The notes beneath the pieces were generated by a model. The model did no database searches. It saw only the letters and a program-made list of their open reading frames with translations, and was not told the origin of the DNA. The translations under genes and the position numbers were made by a program. A stretch of 64,000 nucleotides of DNA, taken from contig OY740812.1 in assembly GCA_963514005.1 (NCBI GenBank), forward strand, positions 7,316,001-7,380,000, given 5' to 3'. The stretch comes from Raja brachyura. Lineage: Eukaryota. Positions 38,762-49,758 of this stretch are shown here, piece by piece (the stretch's first letter is position 1; each line of letters begins with the position of its first letter).

Positions 38762-39022
38762 GGGGCGGCTCGTTGGCGCTGCGGTAGAGTTGCTGCCTTA
38801 CAGCGCCAGAGACCCGTGTTTGATCCTGACTATGGGGGCTGTCCGTACGGAATTTGAACGTTCTCCCCGTGGGTTTGCTCCGAGATCTTCGGTTTCCTCC
38901 CACATTCCAATGACATACAGGTTTGTAGGTTAATTGGCTCGGTACAAATGTAAAATTGTTCCTTATGTGTGTCGGATAGTGTTAATGTGCGGGGATCGCT
39001 GGTTGGCCTGGACTCGGTGGGA
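38762..39022 (+). mobile_element. HE1/V-SINE
   Basis: Head and V-domain. Confidence 0.8.
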
Positions 39023-39253
39023 AGGATAATTAGTAGGATAAAGTAGAAGGATAATTGGTCAGTCAGACAAGCGGATGAAACGTAGAGGGCACAGGACTTA
39101 ACCAGAAAAATTCTGTGGAACTCATTGCCGCAGAGGGTCAAGTCAGTGGATATTTTTAAGGAAGAGATAGACAAATTATTGATTAAATTATTGGTGTCAA
39201 GGGTTATGGGGAGAAGGCAGGAAAATGGGATTCGGAGGCAGAGGTCGGCCATG

Positions 39254-39385
39254 GTCTGAAGAAGGGTCTCGACCCGAAACGTCGCCTATCTCCTTCACTC
39301 CTTAGATGCTGCTGCACCCGCTGAGTTTCTCCAGCTTTTTGTGTAACCCTCGATTCTCCAGCATCTGCAGTTCCTTCTTTAACAC
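39254..39385 (+). mobile_element. Neptune subfamily-B unit inserted in a CR1 3' UTR; hammerhead-like core at 39256-39283
   Basis: CTGAAGA-A-GGGT-CTCG-ACCC-GAAA-C-GTC. Confidence 0.82.
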
Positions 39386-39753
39386 GGCAGAGTAGGCTCG
39401 ATGGGCCGAACGGCCTAATTCTACTCCCATAGCTTGTGAACTGGTGAACTCCAAATTCTTTTTCTTCATTAGCCTGGGGTCAAAACACAAGCAGATTTTC
39501 TTCGCTGCCGCTTTTTACAAGTCGTCAGGTTAATCATTCATTGCAAGAACCAGTTACGAGTGGTGATTATCACTCAACTAAATCAGTTGGAAGTAAGTCA
39601 AACCGTAGTAATGAGGTTGGTCAGGAGAAGTGAAAAAGAGCCTTTGGCAAAACTAAGGGAGTAAGTCTTATTTTAAAATGCGGAATCTTATTAAAGAAAT
39701 ATCAATCAGAGCTAAACGCTGGCACAGGTGAGGTGCTGTGCAGGTAAAAAGGA

Positions 39754-39961
39754 TGTTCACGAAGGAACTGCAGATGCTGGAAAAGCGAAGGTAGACAAAA
39801 ATGCTGGAGAAACTCAGCGGGTGCGGCAGCATCTATGAAACGAAGGAAATAGGCAACGTTTCGGCCCGAAACCCTGAAGGAAATAGGCAACGTTGCCTAT
39901 TTCCTTCGCTCCATAGATGCTGCCGCACCCGCTGAGTTTCTCCAGCATTTTTGTCTACCTT
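39754..39961. mobile_element. Inverted dimer of Neptune subfamily-C units
   Basis: Opposed arms; flanking repeat AGGTAAA(A/G)AGGA at 39742-39753 and 39962-39973. Confidence 0.8.
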
Positions 39962-39971
39962 AGGTAAAGAG

Positions 39972-40446
39972 GAAACATAGAAACATAGAAAAATAGGTGC
40001 AGGAGTAGGCCATTCGGCCCTTCGAGCCTGCACCGCCATTCAATGTGATCATGGCTGATCATCCAACTCAGTATCCCGTACCTGCCATCTCTCCATACCC
40101 CCTGATCCCTTTAGCCACAAGTGCCACATCTAACGCCCTCTTAAATATAACCAATGAACTGGCCTCAACTACCTTCTGTGGCAGAGAATTCCAGAGACTC
40201 ACCACTCTCTGTGTAAAGAATGTTTTTCTCATCTCAGTCCTAAAGGAATTCCCCCTTATCCTTAGACTGTGACCCCTTGTTCTGGACTCCCCCAACATCG
40301 GGAACAATCTTCCAGCATCTAGCCTGTCCAACCCCTTAAGAATTTTGTAAGTTTCTATAAGATCCCCCCTCAATCTTCTAAATTCCAGCGAGTATAAGCC
40401 GGGTCTATCCAGTCTTTCCTCATATGAAAGTCCTGGCATCCCAGGA
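39972..40446 (-). mobile_element. CR1 LINE 3' end (young family, same as 36922-37873)
   Basis: ORF 40068-40439 PGLSYEERL..LRGDLIETYKILKGLDRLDAGRLF. Confidence 0.92.
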
Positions 40447-40759
40447 GCTGGCTACCAAGGAATAAAAAGGTGGTACAGTGCCGCAGCGGGTAGAGCTGCT
40501 GCCTCTCTCTTCCAAGGGTTCCATCCTGACCTCGAGTGCTGCTTGTGTGGAGTTCGCACGCTGTCCCCGTGACCGCATGGCTTTCCTCCCACATTTGAAA
40601 GATGAGCAGGTTTGTAAACCAAGTGGTATCTGTAAATTGCCCCTCATGAGTGGATGAGAAAGTGGGAGAACATAGAGCTGGTGTGGACAGGTGATCGATG
40701 GTCAGCATGGATTCAATGGATCGAAAACCCTATTTCCATGCTAGAGGTTCTGATATATC

Positions 40760-41190
40760 GGCAGAGGTTGAGTAGGCTGTGATTCTATTCCTTGGAGCGC
40801 AGGAGGATGAGGCGTGATCTTATAGAGGTGTACAAGTTCATGAAAGGAATAGATCAGGTAGACACACAGAGTATCTTGCCCAAAGTAGGTGAATCGAGGA
40901 CCAGAGGACATCGGTTTAAGGTGAAGGGGAAAAGATTTAATAGGAATCTGAGGGGTAACTAATTCGCACCAAGGGTGGTGGTTGTGTGGAACAAACTGCC
41001 AGAGGAGGTAGTTGAGGCAGGGACTATCCCAACATTTAAGAAACAGATAGACATGTACATGGATAGAACAGGTTTGGAGGGATATGGGACAAACGCAGGC
41101 AGGTGGGACGAATGTAGCTGGGATATGTTGACCAGTGTGGGCTAGTTGGGCCGAAGGGCCCGTTTCCACGATGTATCACTCTATGACTCT
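40760..41190 (+). mobile_element. CR1 LINE 3' end (second family; tail resembles the V-SINE tail)
   Basis: RLSRL*FYSLERRRMRRDLIEVYK remnant; ends GGGCCGAAGGGCCCGTTTCC. Confidence 0.85.
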
Positions 41191-41765
41191 CAACCCACTG
41201 ATACAGAGGCAAGTGTAATCACCAATTGTAGCCAGGTACTTGGCAGAGTTGTGGGCAGACAGAGGTGAACTCCTTTGTAACATTCAAAGAATTGTAACTT
41301 TCCACTGATTTTGTTTATGGAAATAAACTTTGTGTAGTTAAAAACTGTCGATAGACATTCTATTTTAGATCCTTAATAGTTGCCATAAAATTCTCCAAGT
41401 AATAAATGACATATAGTCATAAAGCACGAAAATAGGCCCCACAGCCCAACTTGTCCATGCTGAGAGTGAGATGGAGCTCTCAAAGGTAGTGGAGTCAGGG
41501 GATATGGGGAGAAGGCAGGAACGGGGTACTGATTGGGGATGATCACCCATGATCGCATTGAATGGCGGTGCTGGCTCGAAGGGTCCTTTCCTGCACCAAT
41601 CCCATTTGCTCCCATTTGGCCCATATCGCTCCAAACTGTTCTTATTCATGTACCTGTCCAAGTGTCACTTAAATGTTGTTATAGCACCTGTCTCAATTAC
41701 CTCCTCTGGTAGCTCGTTCCATATACCCACCACCCTTTTTGTAAAAAGGTTGCCCCTCAGTAACT

Positions 41766-42158
41766 ATAGAAACATAGAAACATAGAAAATAGGTGCAGGA
41801 GTAGGCCATTCTGCCATTCAATATGATCATGGCAGACCATCCAACTCAGTATCCTGTACCTGCCTTCTCTCCATACCCCCTGATCCCTTTAGCCACAAGG
41901 GCCACATCTAACTCCCTCTTAAATATAGCCAATGAACTGGCCTCAACTACCGTCTGTGGCAGAGAATTTCACAAATTCACCACTCTCTGTGTGAAAAATG
42001 ATTTTCTCATCTCGGTCCTAAAAGACTTCCCCCTTATCCTTAAATTGTGACCCCTTGTTCTGGACTTCCCCAACATCGGGAACAATCTTCCAGCATCTAG
42101 CCTCTCCAACCCCTTAAGAATTTTGTAAGTCTCTATAAGATCTCCCCTCAATCTTCTA
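41766..42158 (-). mobile_element. CR1 LINE 3' end nested in another CR1 fragment
   Basis: ORF 41969-42151; (CATAGAAA)n tail at left. Confidence 0.88.
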
Positions 42159-44362
42159 TTGCCTCAACCACCTTAAAACAATGTCCTCTGATTTGTGATT
42201 CCCCTGCTCTGGGTAAAAGACTGCACATTTACTCTGTCTATTCCTCCTATGGTGTTTTAAACCTCTATAAGAACACCCCTGTTCACCCTATCTATTCCCC
42301 ACATCATTTATACACCTCTTGATTTGGAAAGGCCAAGAGTTAAGACAGTGGCCAGATCTGTGAGAACACCACACCTCGATCAATGGTGTTTTATCATTAA
42401 TGTTTTATTATTATTAATGTTTAGTGTTTTCTGAGTCATTCGTAACTGTCACTGTATGTCATGTTGTTACTTGTGGGCGGAGCACCAAGGCAAATTCCTT
42501 GTATGTGAATACTTGGCCAATAAACGTACTTACTTACTCATCTTTTCTTCCCCAAACTCCCAATCCCCTCCCCTCCCTCCCCCTACCCTCTCCTCCCCAC
42601 CCCCGCCCCTCCTCCACTCCCTACCCATTCCCCACCCCCTCCCCACCCCTCCCCTCCCCCACACCTGGATGTCACCTCTCTGGGGCCACTGCCTGACCCA
42701 CCAAGTTACTCCAGCATTTTATGTCCGCCATCAAGAAACTAATCTCTTCTGTCCCTTTACGTACACAAGTTAACTATTCTGTTGGCTCCGATGATTCTTC
42801 CTTCACTTATCCAGTTGTGGTCGTGCAGCTGTTGCTGCCACAGTAACTGGAATGCCTCGCTGCTTAATCCAGCCACCAGCTGCTCGAAGGACCAGGTCTA
42901 AAATCAGAGCACAGGGTGTGTCACCAGCTTCACTTACACTTGGTGACTGAACATCACAACTGAATGGAAATCAACCTGCATTCCGTCCTTGCTCCCTTAC
43001 CCCTTCCCACTACCTCCCTGTGCCCTGACGGCAGGTTTAATTAAGGGCTGCTGCGCTTCCCGTTAGATGGATCGAACGACACATACTCCAGGGCCATGTA
43101 AGGATTTGCTCCCCCCTCCCCCCACACACACAGAAGTTCACTCAAACAACCAGCTTGTAGGTGATAAATAGTTTGCAAAACAGGGAAAAGGGCACTGCCA
43201 GTGAAGCTGATAGGGTGATGCTTTCACCCAAAGGAGGTAGTGGTGGGTGTAGGACATACAATGCAGATGACTAGGATTCTTGCCCATCCGCGTCACAACA
43301 GAGACCCAACTGGTTGCAGCATTTAAACCGCAGCACTGACGTTTGTTTAGAGCCATTAACTGTCTAAAATGGAAAGTGATCTTGGTGACTGTGGAAACTG
43401 GATCCAGGGGGTGTGTATGTGTTGGGGAGGGAGAGGAGGAGAGGGGGGGGAGGGGGGGGGGGGTGTTGGGTTGGTGTCTGGTGATGCTTTTGACCAGTGG
43501 CATCAGAATGCCATTCTCTTCATTCTCTTTGTTTTGGACGCCTCACTCTTTGGACAAGAAGGGAAACTAGGAACCACCGCTGCTCAAGGAGAGAGTAAAA
43601 GGTTGGTTCAAAGAAAAGGGGGTTTACAAAAAAGAGTTTGAATTACAGATTAGTTTATTGTCACGTGTACCGAGGTACAGTGAAAAGCTTTTGTCGCGTG
43701 CTATTCGGTCAGTGGAAAGACATTACATGATTACAATCGAGCCATTTACAGTGTATAGGTACATGATAAGGGAATAACGTTTAGTGCAAGGTAAAGCCAG
43801 CAGAGTTCGATCAAGGACAGTCCGAGGGTCACCAACGAGGTAGATAGTAGTTCAGGGCTGCTCTCTGGTTGTGAGAGATGGTGAGTAGAAACTTAGTCAT
43901 TCCAAGTTCAATGTTGGCGGGTGGACGCAGCCAAGATCAGAGGTATGTGTAGGACGGAACTGCAGATGCTGTTTTAAACCGAAGATAGACACAAAATGCT
44001 GGAGTAACCAAGCGGGTCAGGCAGCATCTCTGGAGAGAAGAAGTAGGTGACGTTTCGTGTTGGAACCCTTGTACAGACTGAAGTCAGAGGTATGTGTCTG
44101 AAGGAACTGCAGGTGCTGGTTTAGACACAAAATGCTGGAGTAACTCAGCGGGACAGGCAGCATCTCAACCCGAAACGTCACCAATTCCTCTCCAGAGGTA
44201 TGTCAGATTAAGGGGCGAGATATGGATATTATGTTATGGATATAGATATTACCGGATAGAGAGGTGTGGAGAGAATCCAACAAGGAACAAAAATCTTTTT
44301 TTAATTCCTTTGTAGCTTCTAGACTGCTTTGGATCAGGTGGTTTGGGTAATACTGTTCCCAT

Positions 44363-44868
44363 TATGGTTGCCAACCGTCTTAGCCGTTTTAGCCGGGACA
44401 TCCCGTATATTGGGCTTAATTGGTTTGTCCCATACGGGATCGCCCTTGTCCCGTATTCGACTGCTACTACTCGGGTCGAGGGGGCTGTCGGGTCGGAGCG
44501 CCCCGTCCAAACATAGTGCAGCCCATGGAGTGCAGCAGCAGCAGCAGCAGCAGCAGAGCTTCGCCCGTGGCCCCGTCGGTCGGTCGGTCGGCAGCCCGGC
44601 CAGCTGTCCGACCTTCGGACCTGACACCACCACCCCTCCTTCTCATGGCCGATCATCGGTTCATGAGTTGGATGGGGTGCTGGACTTTGTGCGTTGGCCA
44701 AAACTCCTCAGCTGGCCCGCCGGCTGGGCTTTGTGTGCAGTCGCGCACCCGGGCCAACTTATCATTCACCCAGCCACGTCCAAGTCGGTCAACGAATTGC
44801 CGTCGGGAATCTGTCCCGTATTTTGACCTTATGTCCCTTATTTAGGAGTGAGAAAGTTGGTAACCCTG
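44363..44868. mobile_element. hAT-type non-autonomous DNA transposon with internal (CAG)n and (GGTC)n
   Basis: Imperfect TIR TATGGTTGCCAAC / GTTGGTAACCCTG and perfect 8-bp TSD GTTCCCAT (44355-44362, 44869-44876). Confidence 0.88.
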
Positions 44869-46240
44869 GTTCCCATCAGCAGATGATTTGAGGAACCAGG
44901 GCCACTTGACGAGCAATAGGCACTGGTGGGATGTGAAATGTTTTTATTTTCTTCAGTACATGATGATAGTGTGGAGCTCAATGCCTGCAATTGTGGTGGC
45001 TTAGTGCAATAGCGGTGACAAGGTGTCAGGCTTTTCAAAAGGGCAATGCATCGGCACACAAGGGGAAATTATTTACCACAGTAAAGGGAAGTGGATCCAA
45101 AGATGTTGGGTGTGCAGGGAGCTGCCATGGATTAGATGGGATGAATGGCCTCCATCTGTCCAGAGTCAAGGGTGTTTTATTGTCATATGTCCCAGACAGA
45201 ATGATGACATTCTTATTTGCAGCAGCACAACAGAATATGTAAACATAGTACTCTGTAAACAATGCACTAAACAAAAAAATGTTCAGTGTACATACCTACA
45301 CACACACAATAATAGTGTGTAGTTTGGAGATACATCAAGGAAACAGGCCCTTTGGCCCACCGGGTTCGCGTTGACCAGTGATCCCCGCACATTACCAACA
45401 CACACTGGGGACAATTTAAGATTATACCAAGCCAATTAACCCGTACGTTTTTGGACATCCCGGAAAAAACCCTGCAGGTCACGGGGAGAATGTACAAACT
45501 CTGTACAGACAGCACCCGTAGTCAGGATCGAACCCAGATCTGTGGCGCTGTGAGGCGGCAACTCTCCTGCTGCGCCGTTATTGCAAATAGACAAAACCAA
45601 TGCCCCTCCAGCTTTTTGTGTAACCCTTGATTCTCCAGCATCTGCAGTTCCTTCTTTAACACTTTGTCTACTCCCCTCAGTCTATGTAGTTCAGAGCTTA
45701 TTTGGAGGTTGTGGGGTATAATGGCCTGATGGCTGCAGGGAAGAAGCTGTTCCTGAACCTGGACATTACAGTTTTCAGGCTCCTGTATCTTCTTCCCGAA
45801 GACAGGAGTGAAGTGAGAGTGTGGCCAGGGTGGTGTGGGTCTCTGGTGACGCCGGCTGCAACAGTTGCATTCTGAGCAATAATGATTCCATGATTGTAAT
45901 TGTGTTCTTTTGGCAGCTGGACGACAAAATCTGATTGTGCTTACAGCACTAATGAAAACTCTACTGCCTTCAGTGGGAAACATTTTTGACTGTCTGCAGA
46001 ACCTGTTGTACATTTAAACATTACAAAGTGAATAGAGTTGAAGCAGACTTGCCTCCCTGTTGTAGGACTTGTCTCCAGACTTGTTCCAGACTCGTCTCCC
46101 TGTCGTTCAATCCCATTGTCGTCTGTGTTTCCTCGCAAAAGTGTTTCGTTGTCTGATTTTCCCCAAGGGGCCCCTTGGAGTGAACCTTACGGCCATTTTA
46201 CCCCCTCACTAGAATCTCTTTCTGAAGCCTCCGTGATTAT

Positions 46241-46655
46241 AGTTTTCGAGATACAGAGCGGAAACAGGCCCTTCGAGTCCGCACCAACCCGCGATCCCCG
46301 CACACTACTAACACTATCCTGCAAGAGGGACAATTTTTACATTTATACCAAGCCAATTTACCTACAGACCTGTTAAAGAAGGAACCGCAGATGCTGGAGA
46401 ATCGAGGGTACACAAAAGGCTGGAGAAACTCAGCGGGTGCGGCAGCATCTAAGGAGCGAAGGAGATAGGTGACGTTTCGGGTCGAGACCCTTCTTCAGAC
46501 AAACCTGTAGGTCTCGGAGAAAACCCACGCAGGTCATGGGGAGAATGTACAAACTCCGTACAGACAAGCGCCCTTAGCCAGGATCGAACCCGGGTCTCTG
46601 GCGCTGTAAGTGCTGTAAGGCAGCAACTCTACCGCTGCGTCACCGTGCTGCCCAA
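46241..46655 (-). mobile_element. HE1/V-SINE interrupted by a Neptune subfamily-B unit (46372-46500)
   Basis: SINE halves collinear; ACA(G/A)ACCTGT duplicated around the insert. Confidence 0.82.
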
Positions 46656-48472
46656 ATTTTATTTTGGGCACTTTCACCTAACGTTTGTTCAGAGGTCCTC
46701 TTGGGTGTGACTCAGCCCTACCCCACCACACCTTCTCAATGCCGTTGGATCTGTTCTAAACATAATAAAAGTAGATTGGTATCCAGAGTTCAAGACTATT
46801 GATTCGTCAGATATACCTGGACCAGAACGATTACATTATTTTTACTCCAGCTTTACAGGCCCATTAAATTCACTGATTATTCTAGATACGTTCCAGTATG
46901 GATAGTACACGTATGCATTGCGACCTTGGTAGTGGAAAGTCCACAGTATTTTGCTGAGATACTTGGGATTAGGGCTGCACAGGGTAGTTCAAGAACCACC
47001 CTCTGAAGAAGGGCCCTGACCCGAAACATCACCTATTCATGGCCTCCAGAGATGCTTCCCAACCTGCTGAGTTGCTCCAGCAAGTTTATCCCCTTTTTCT
47101 TGCCGACCAGCGTCTGCAGTTCCTTGTGTCTCCGGTTCTAGAACCTGATGGTTGATGGGAAGAAGCTGAAGATAACGAGATGGGAAGAAGCTAGTCTTGA
47201 AGCTGAAGATAACGACACTCGGGTCCCTGCACCTTCTTCCTGATGGTAGCAGGGAGGTGAGGCGACCAACATGCTCCCATCCACACTAGTCCCACCTGCC
47301 CACGTTTGGCCCATGTCCTCCTCAACCTATCCAAGCCACGTGCAAAGTGAACGGGGCAAGTTCCACAAAGACGGTACTTTACAGTACGGTGGCGGTAGAG
47401 TTGCTGCCATACAGAGCCAGAGACACAGGTTCGATCCTGACACTGGGAGCTTTCTGACACAGGGAGTTTGTACGTTCTCCCTGTGACCACGTGTGTTTTC
47501 CCTGAGTGGTTTCCTCCAAAGACATACAGGTTTGCAAGTGAATTGGCTTCGGTAAAAATTGCCAATTGTCCCTGGTGTGTAGGATCGCTGGTTGGCACGG
47601 ACTCAGCAGTGGAACCTCCGTCACTGGAAATATGATGCAAGAAAACTACTTGAGTCAGCATCTTTAGGGGGGTGTGGACAGTCTAAGTAAGATGCCGCGG
47701 ACAAGGACCATTCAGCATAATGTCATTCATCCAGACTCATAATGATAGAGATAAGAAGTTTAACTGCATTCCTGTCCACTGCTATCTCATCCTTATTTTG
47801 TACATACCTATTATGTTGGTTTCTCCAATGACAGGCTTAAGTTACTGAGAACCACCTATTATAGAGGGTTATGTTTGTTTGACAGGACTGCTATTGGCGC
47901 TCCTTAGCAACAGTTCAGAAGCTATTTGAAAGATCGTGTCGGCAGAAAGTTAACAAAAGTTTCCTGGCAACATGACATTTGGTGCAGTTTTGGTCGAAGT
48001 GTACGAGTGACTGGCGCTGCATGTGCAGGAAGGAACTGTGGATGCTGGTTTAAACCGAAGATGGACACAAAAAACTGGAGTAACTCAGCGGGTCAGGCAG
48101 CATCTCTGGAGAAGAGGAATAGGTGACGTTTTGGGTCGAGACCCTTCTTCAGACTGAGACTCAGGGGAAGTCTGGTGTACCCTGCTTTCACTGACAGCTG
48201 TCTGAATCCAGTCCAAACAGCCACAATGGACCCCTTATATGGACCGGTAATTTCAGCATAAGTTTCACCAAGGTCCTTGCATAAGGTCCAACGTATTAAT
48301 TCTGTGTTGATGGGGGTGGAGATGGTAACTGCATTTTGAGTTCAATTCTCTCAGGCAAAACCACAATTTTGTTTTCTAGTCCAGTGAATGAGACTTGGAA
48401 TAGAGTTTTTGTTGATTTAGTTCCAAACTTTTTAAAATGTATCTGTTCACAGGATTTAAATACTGCTGAAGG

Positions 48473-48757
48473 GAGCACTGTGGTAGCGGTAGAGTTGCTG
48501 CCTTACAGCGCCAGAGACACGGGTTCAATCCTGACCGCAGTAGTTTGTACGTTCTCCCCGTGACCGCGTGGGTTTTCTCCGGGAGCTCCAGTTTCCTCCC
48601 ACCTTCTAAAGATTTGTAGGTTAATTGGCTTTGGTTAAAAAAAAAAAAGTTCATTGTCCCGTGTGTAGGATAGTGCTAATGTACGTAGTGATCACTGGTC
48701 GGCGCGGACTCGGTCTTGCTTCCTGTTTCCGCGCTGTATCTCTGAACAAAACTAAAC
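48473..48757 (+). mobile_element. HE1/V-SINE
   Basis: Head, V-domain and tail. Confidence 0.8.
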
Positions 48758-49236
48758 AGCAATTCTGAATCACTGCAATAGTGAGGGTGGTTGAAGTCAA
48801 ACAGGTTGGGGAACCTGGAGTTGTAGAGGAAGGATGAAACACCCCCTTCCCTGAAGGTTGTTGGTAAACTAGGTGGGTATTTAAAGCAATCCAGAAAGTC
48901 TGTGTTAAAATACCTGCACTGGTTTGAACTTGCACTTCCAGTCCGCAGTCCATTAACTCGTCTTCTCTTTTTCCCAGTTCTGATAAAAGGTCTTCAACCT
49001 GAAACTTTAACTTTCTACAAGAGTCAGGAGTGTGATTAATTGATCTCTATACCGACATCAGATCAATGGAAATCTCACGTGTATTTTCCACAGATGCTAC
49101 CTGACCTGCTCAGTGTTTCCAACATTTCCCATTTTAATTTCAGATTTCCAGCATCTGCAATTTTTGATTTTCAATGATCCTGTTGTCCTCAGTAATTATC
49201 AGCAAATATAATAATGTTGTTCAGATTTGTTCAAAG

Positions 49237-49528
49237 GGTGACACGATTGGCGCAGCGGTAGAGTTGCTACCTCACAGCGCCAGAGACCCGGGTTCAATCC
49301 CGGCTACGGGTGCTGTCCGTATTGAGTCTGTACGTCCTCCCCCTGACTGCGTGGGTTTTCTCCGGGATCTCCGGTTTCCTCCCATACTTCAAAGACGTAG
49401 AGGTTTGCAGGCTAATTGTCCCTTGTGCATATACAGGATAGTGTAATTTTGTGTGCAGGGATCGCTGGTCGGCACGGGCTCGGTGGGCCGAAGGGCCTGT
49501 TTCCTCGCTGTTTCTATAAGCTCAACTA
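49237..49528 (+). mobile_element. HE1/V-SINE just upstream of the connexin coding exon
   Basis: A box TGGCGCAGCGG, B box GGTTCAATCC. Confidence 0.85.
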
Positions 49529-49659
49529 AAAATGATGAATGACGAGTGACTCCAGATTCTCACCAGGGTTCTTTGCCCTGAATCGTTGCCTCTGTTTCTC
49601 TTTCCGCAGATGCTGCCTGACCTGCTTTCAGCTCGGACACCGGGCAGGTTTCCAAGATT

Positions 49660-49703
49660 TTCAGTTTTTCCTTCAATTTTTTTTTCTTCGTATTTTTCCG
49701 CAG
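49660..49703 (+). promoter_or_regulatory. Splice acceptor of the connexin coding exon
   Basis: Long T-rich tract ending CCGCAG at 49703, 55 nt before the ATG; usual connexin layout of UTR exon plus one coding exon. Confidence 0.7.
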
Positions 49704-49758
49704 ATTGTGAAGAAATAGCATCGCCAAAAAGGAGGCAAGCGCGGGCGGCAGAGATACA

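Noticed and set aside
44249-44845. PolyQ, polyA, polyC and polyS ORFs of 99-165 aa
   Set aside because: All frames of a (CAG)n tract within a GC-rich, TSD-flanked hAT MITE
45941-46200. Possible minus-strand coding exon (GKSDNETLLRGNTDD...) beside a 16-bp palindrome at 46163-46178
   Set aside because: In-frame stop just upstream, no clear acceptor and no recognisable homology; one 16-bp palindrome is weak evidence by itself
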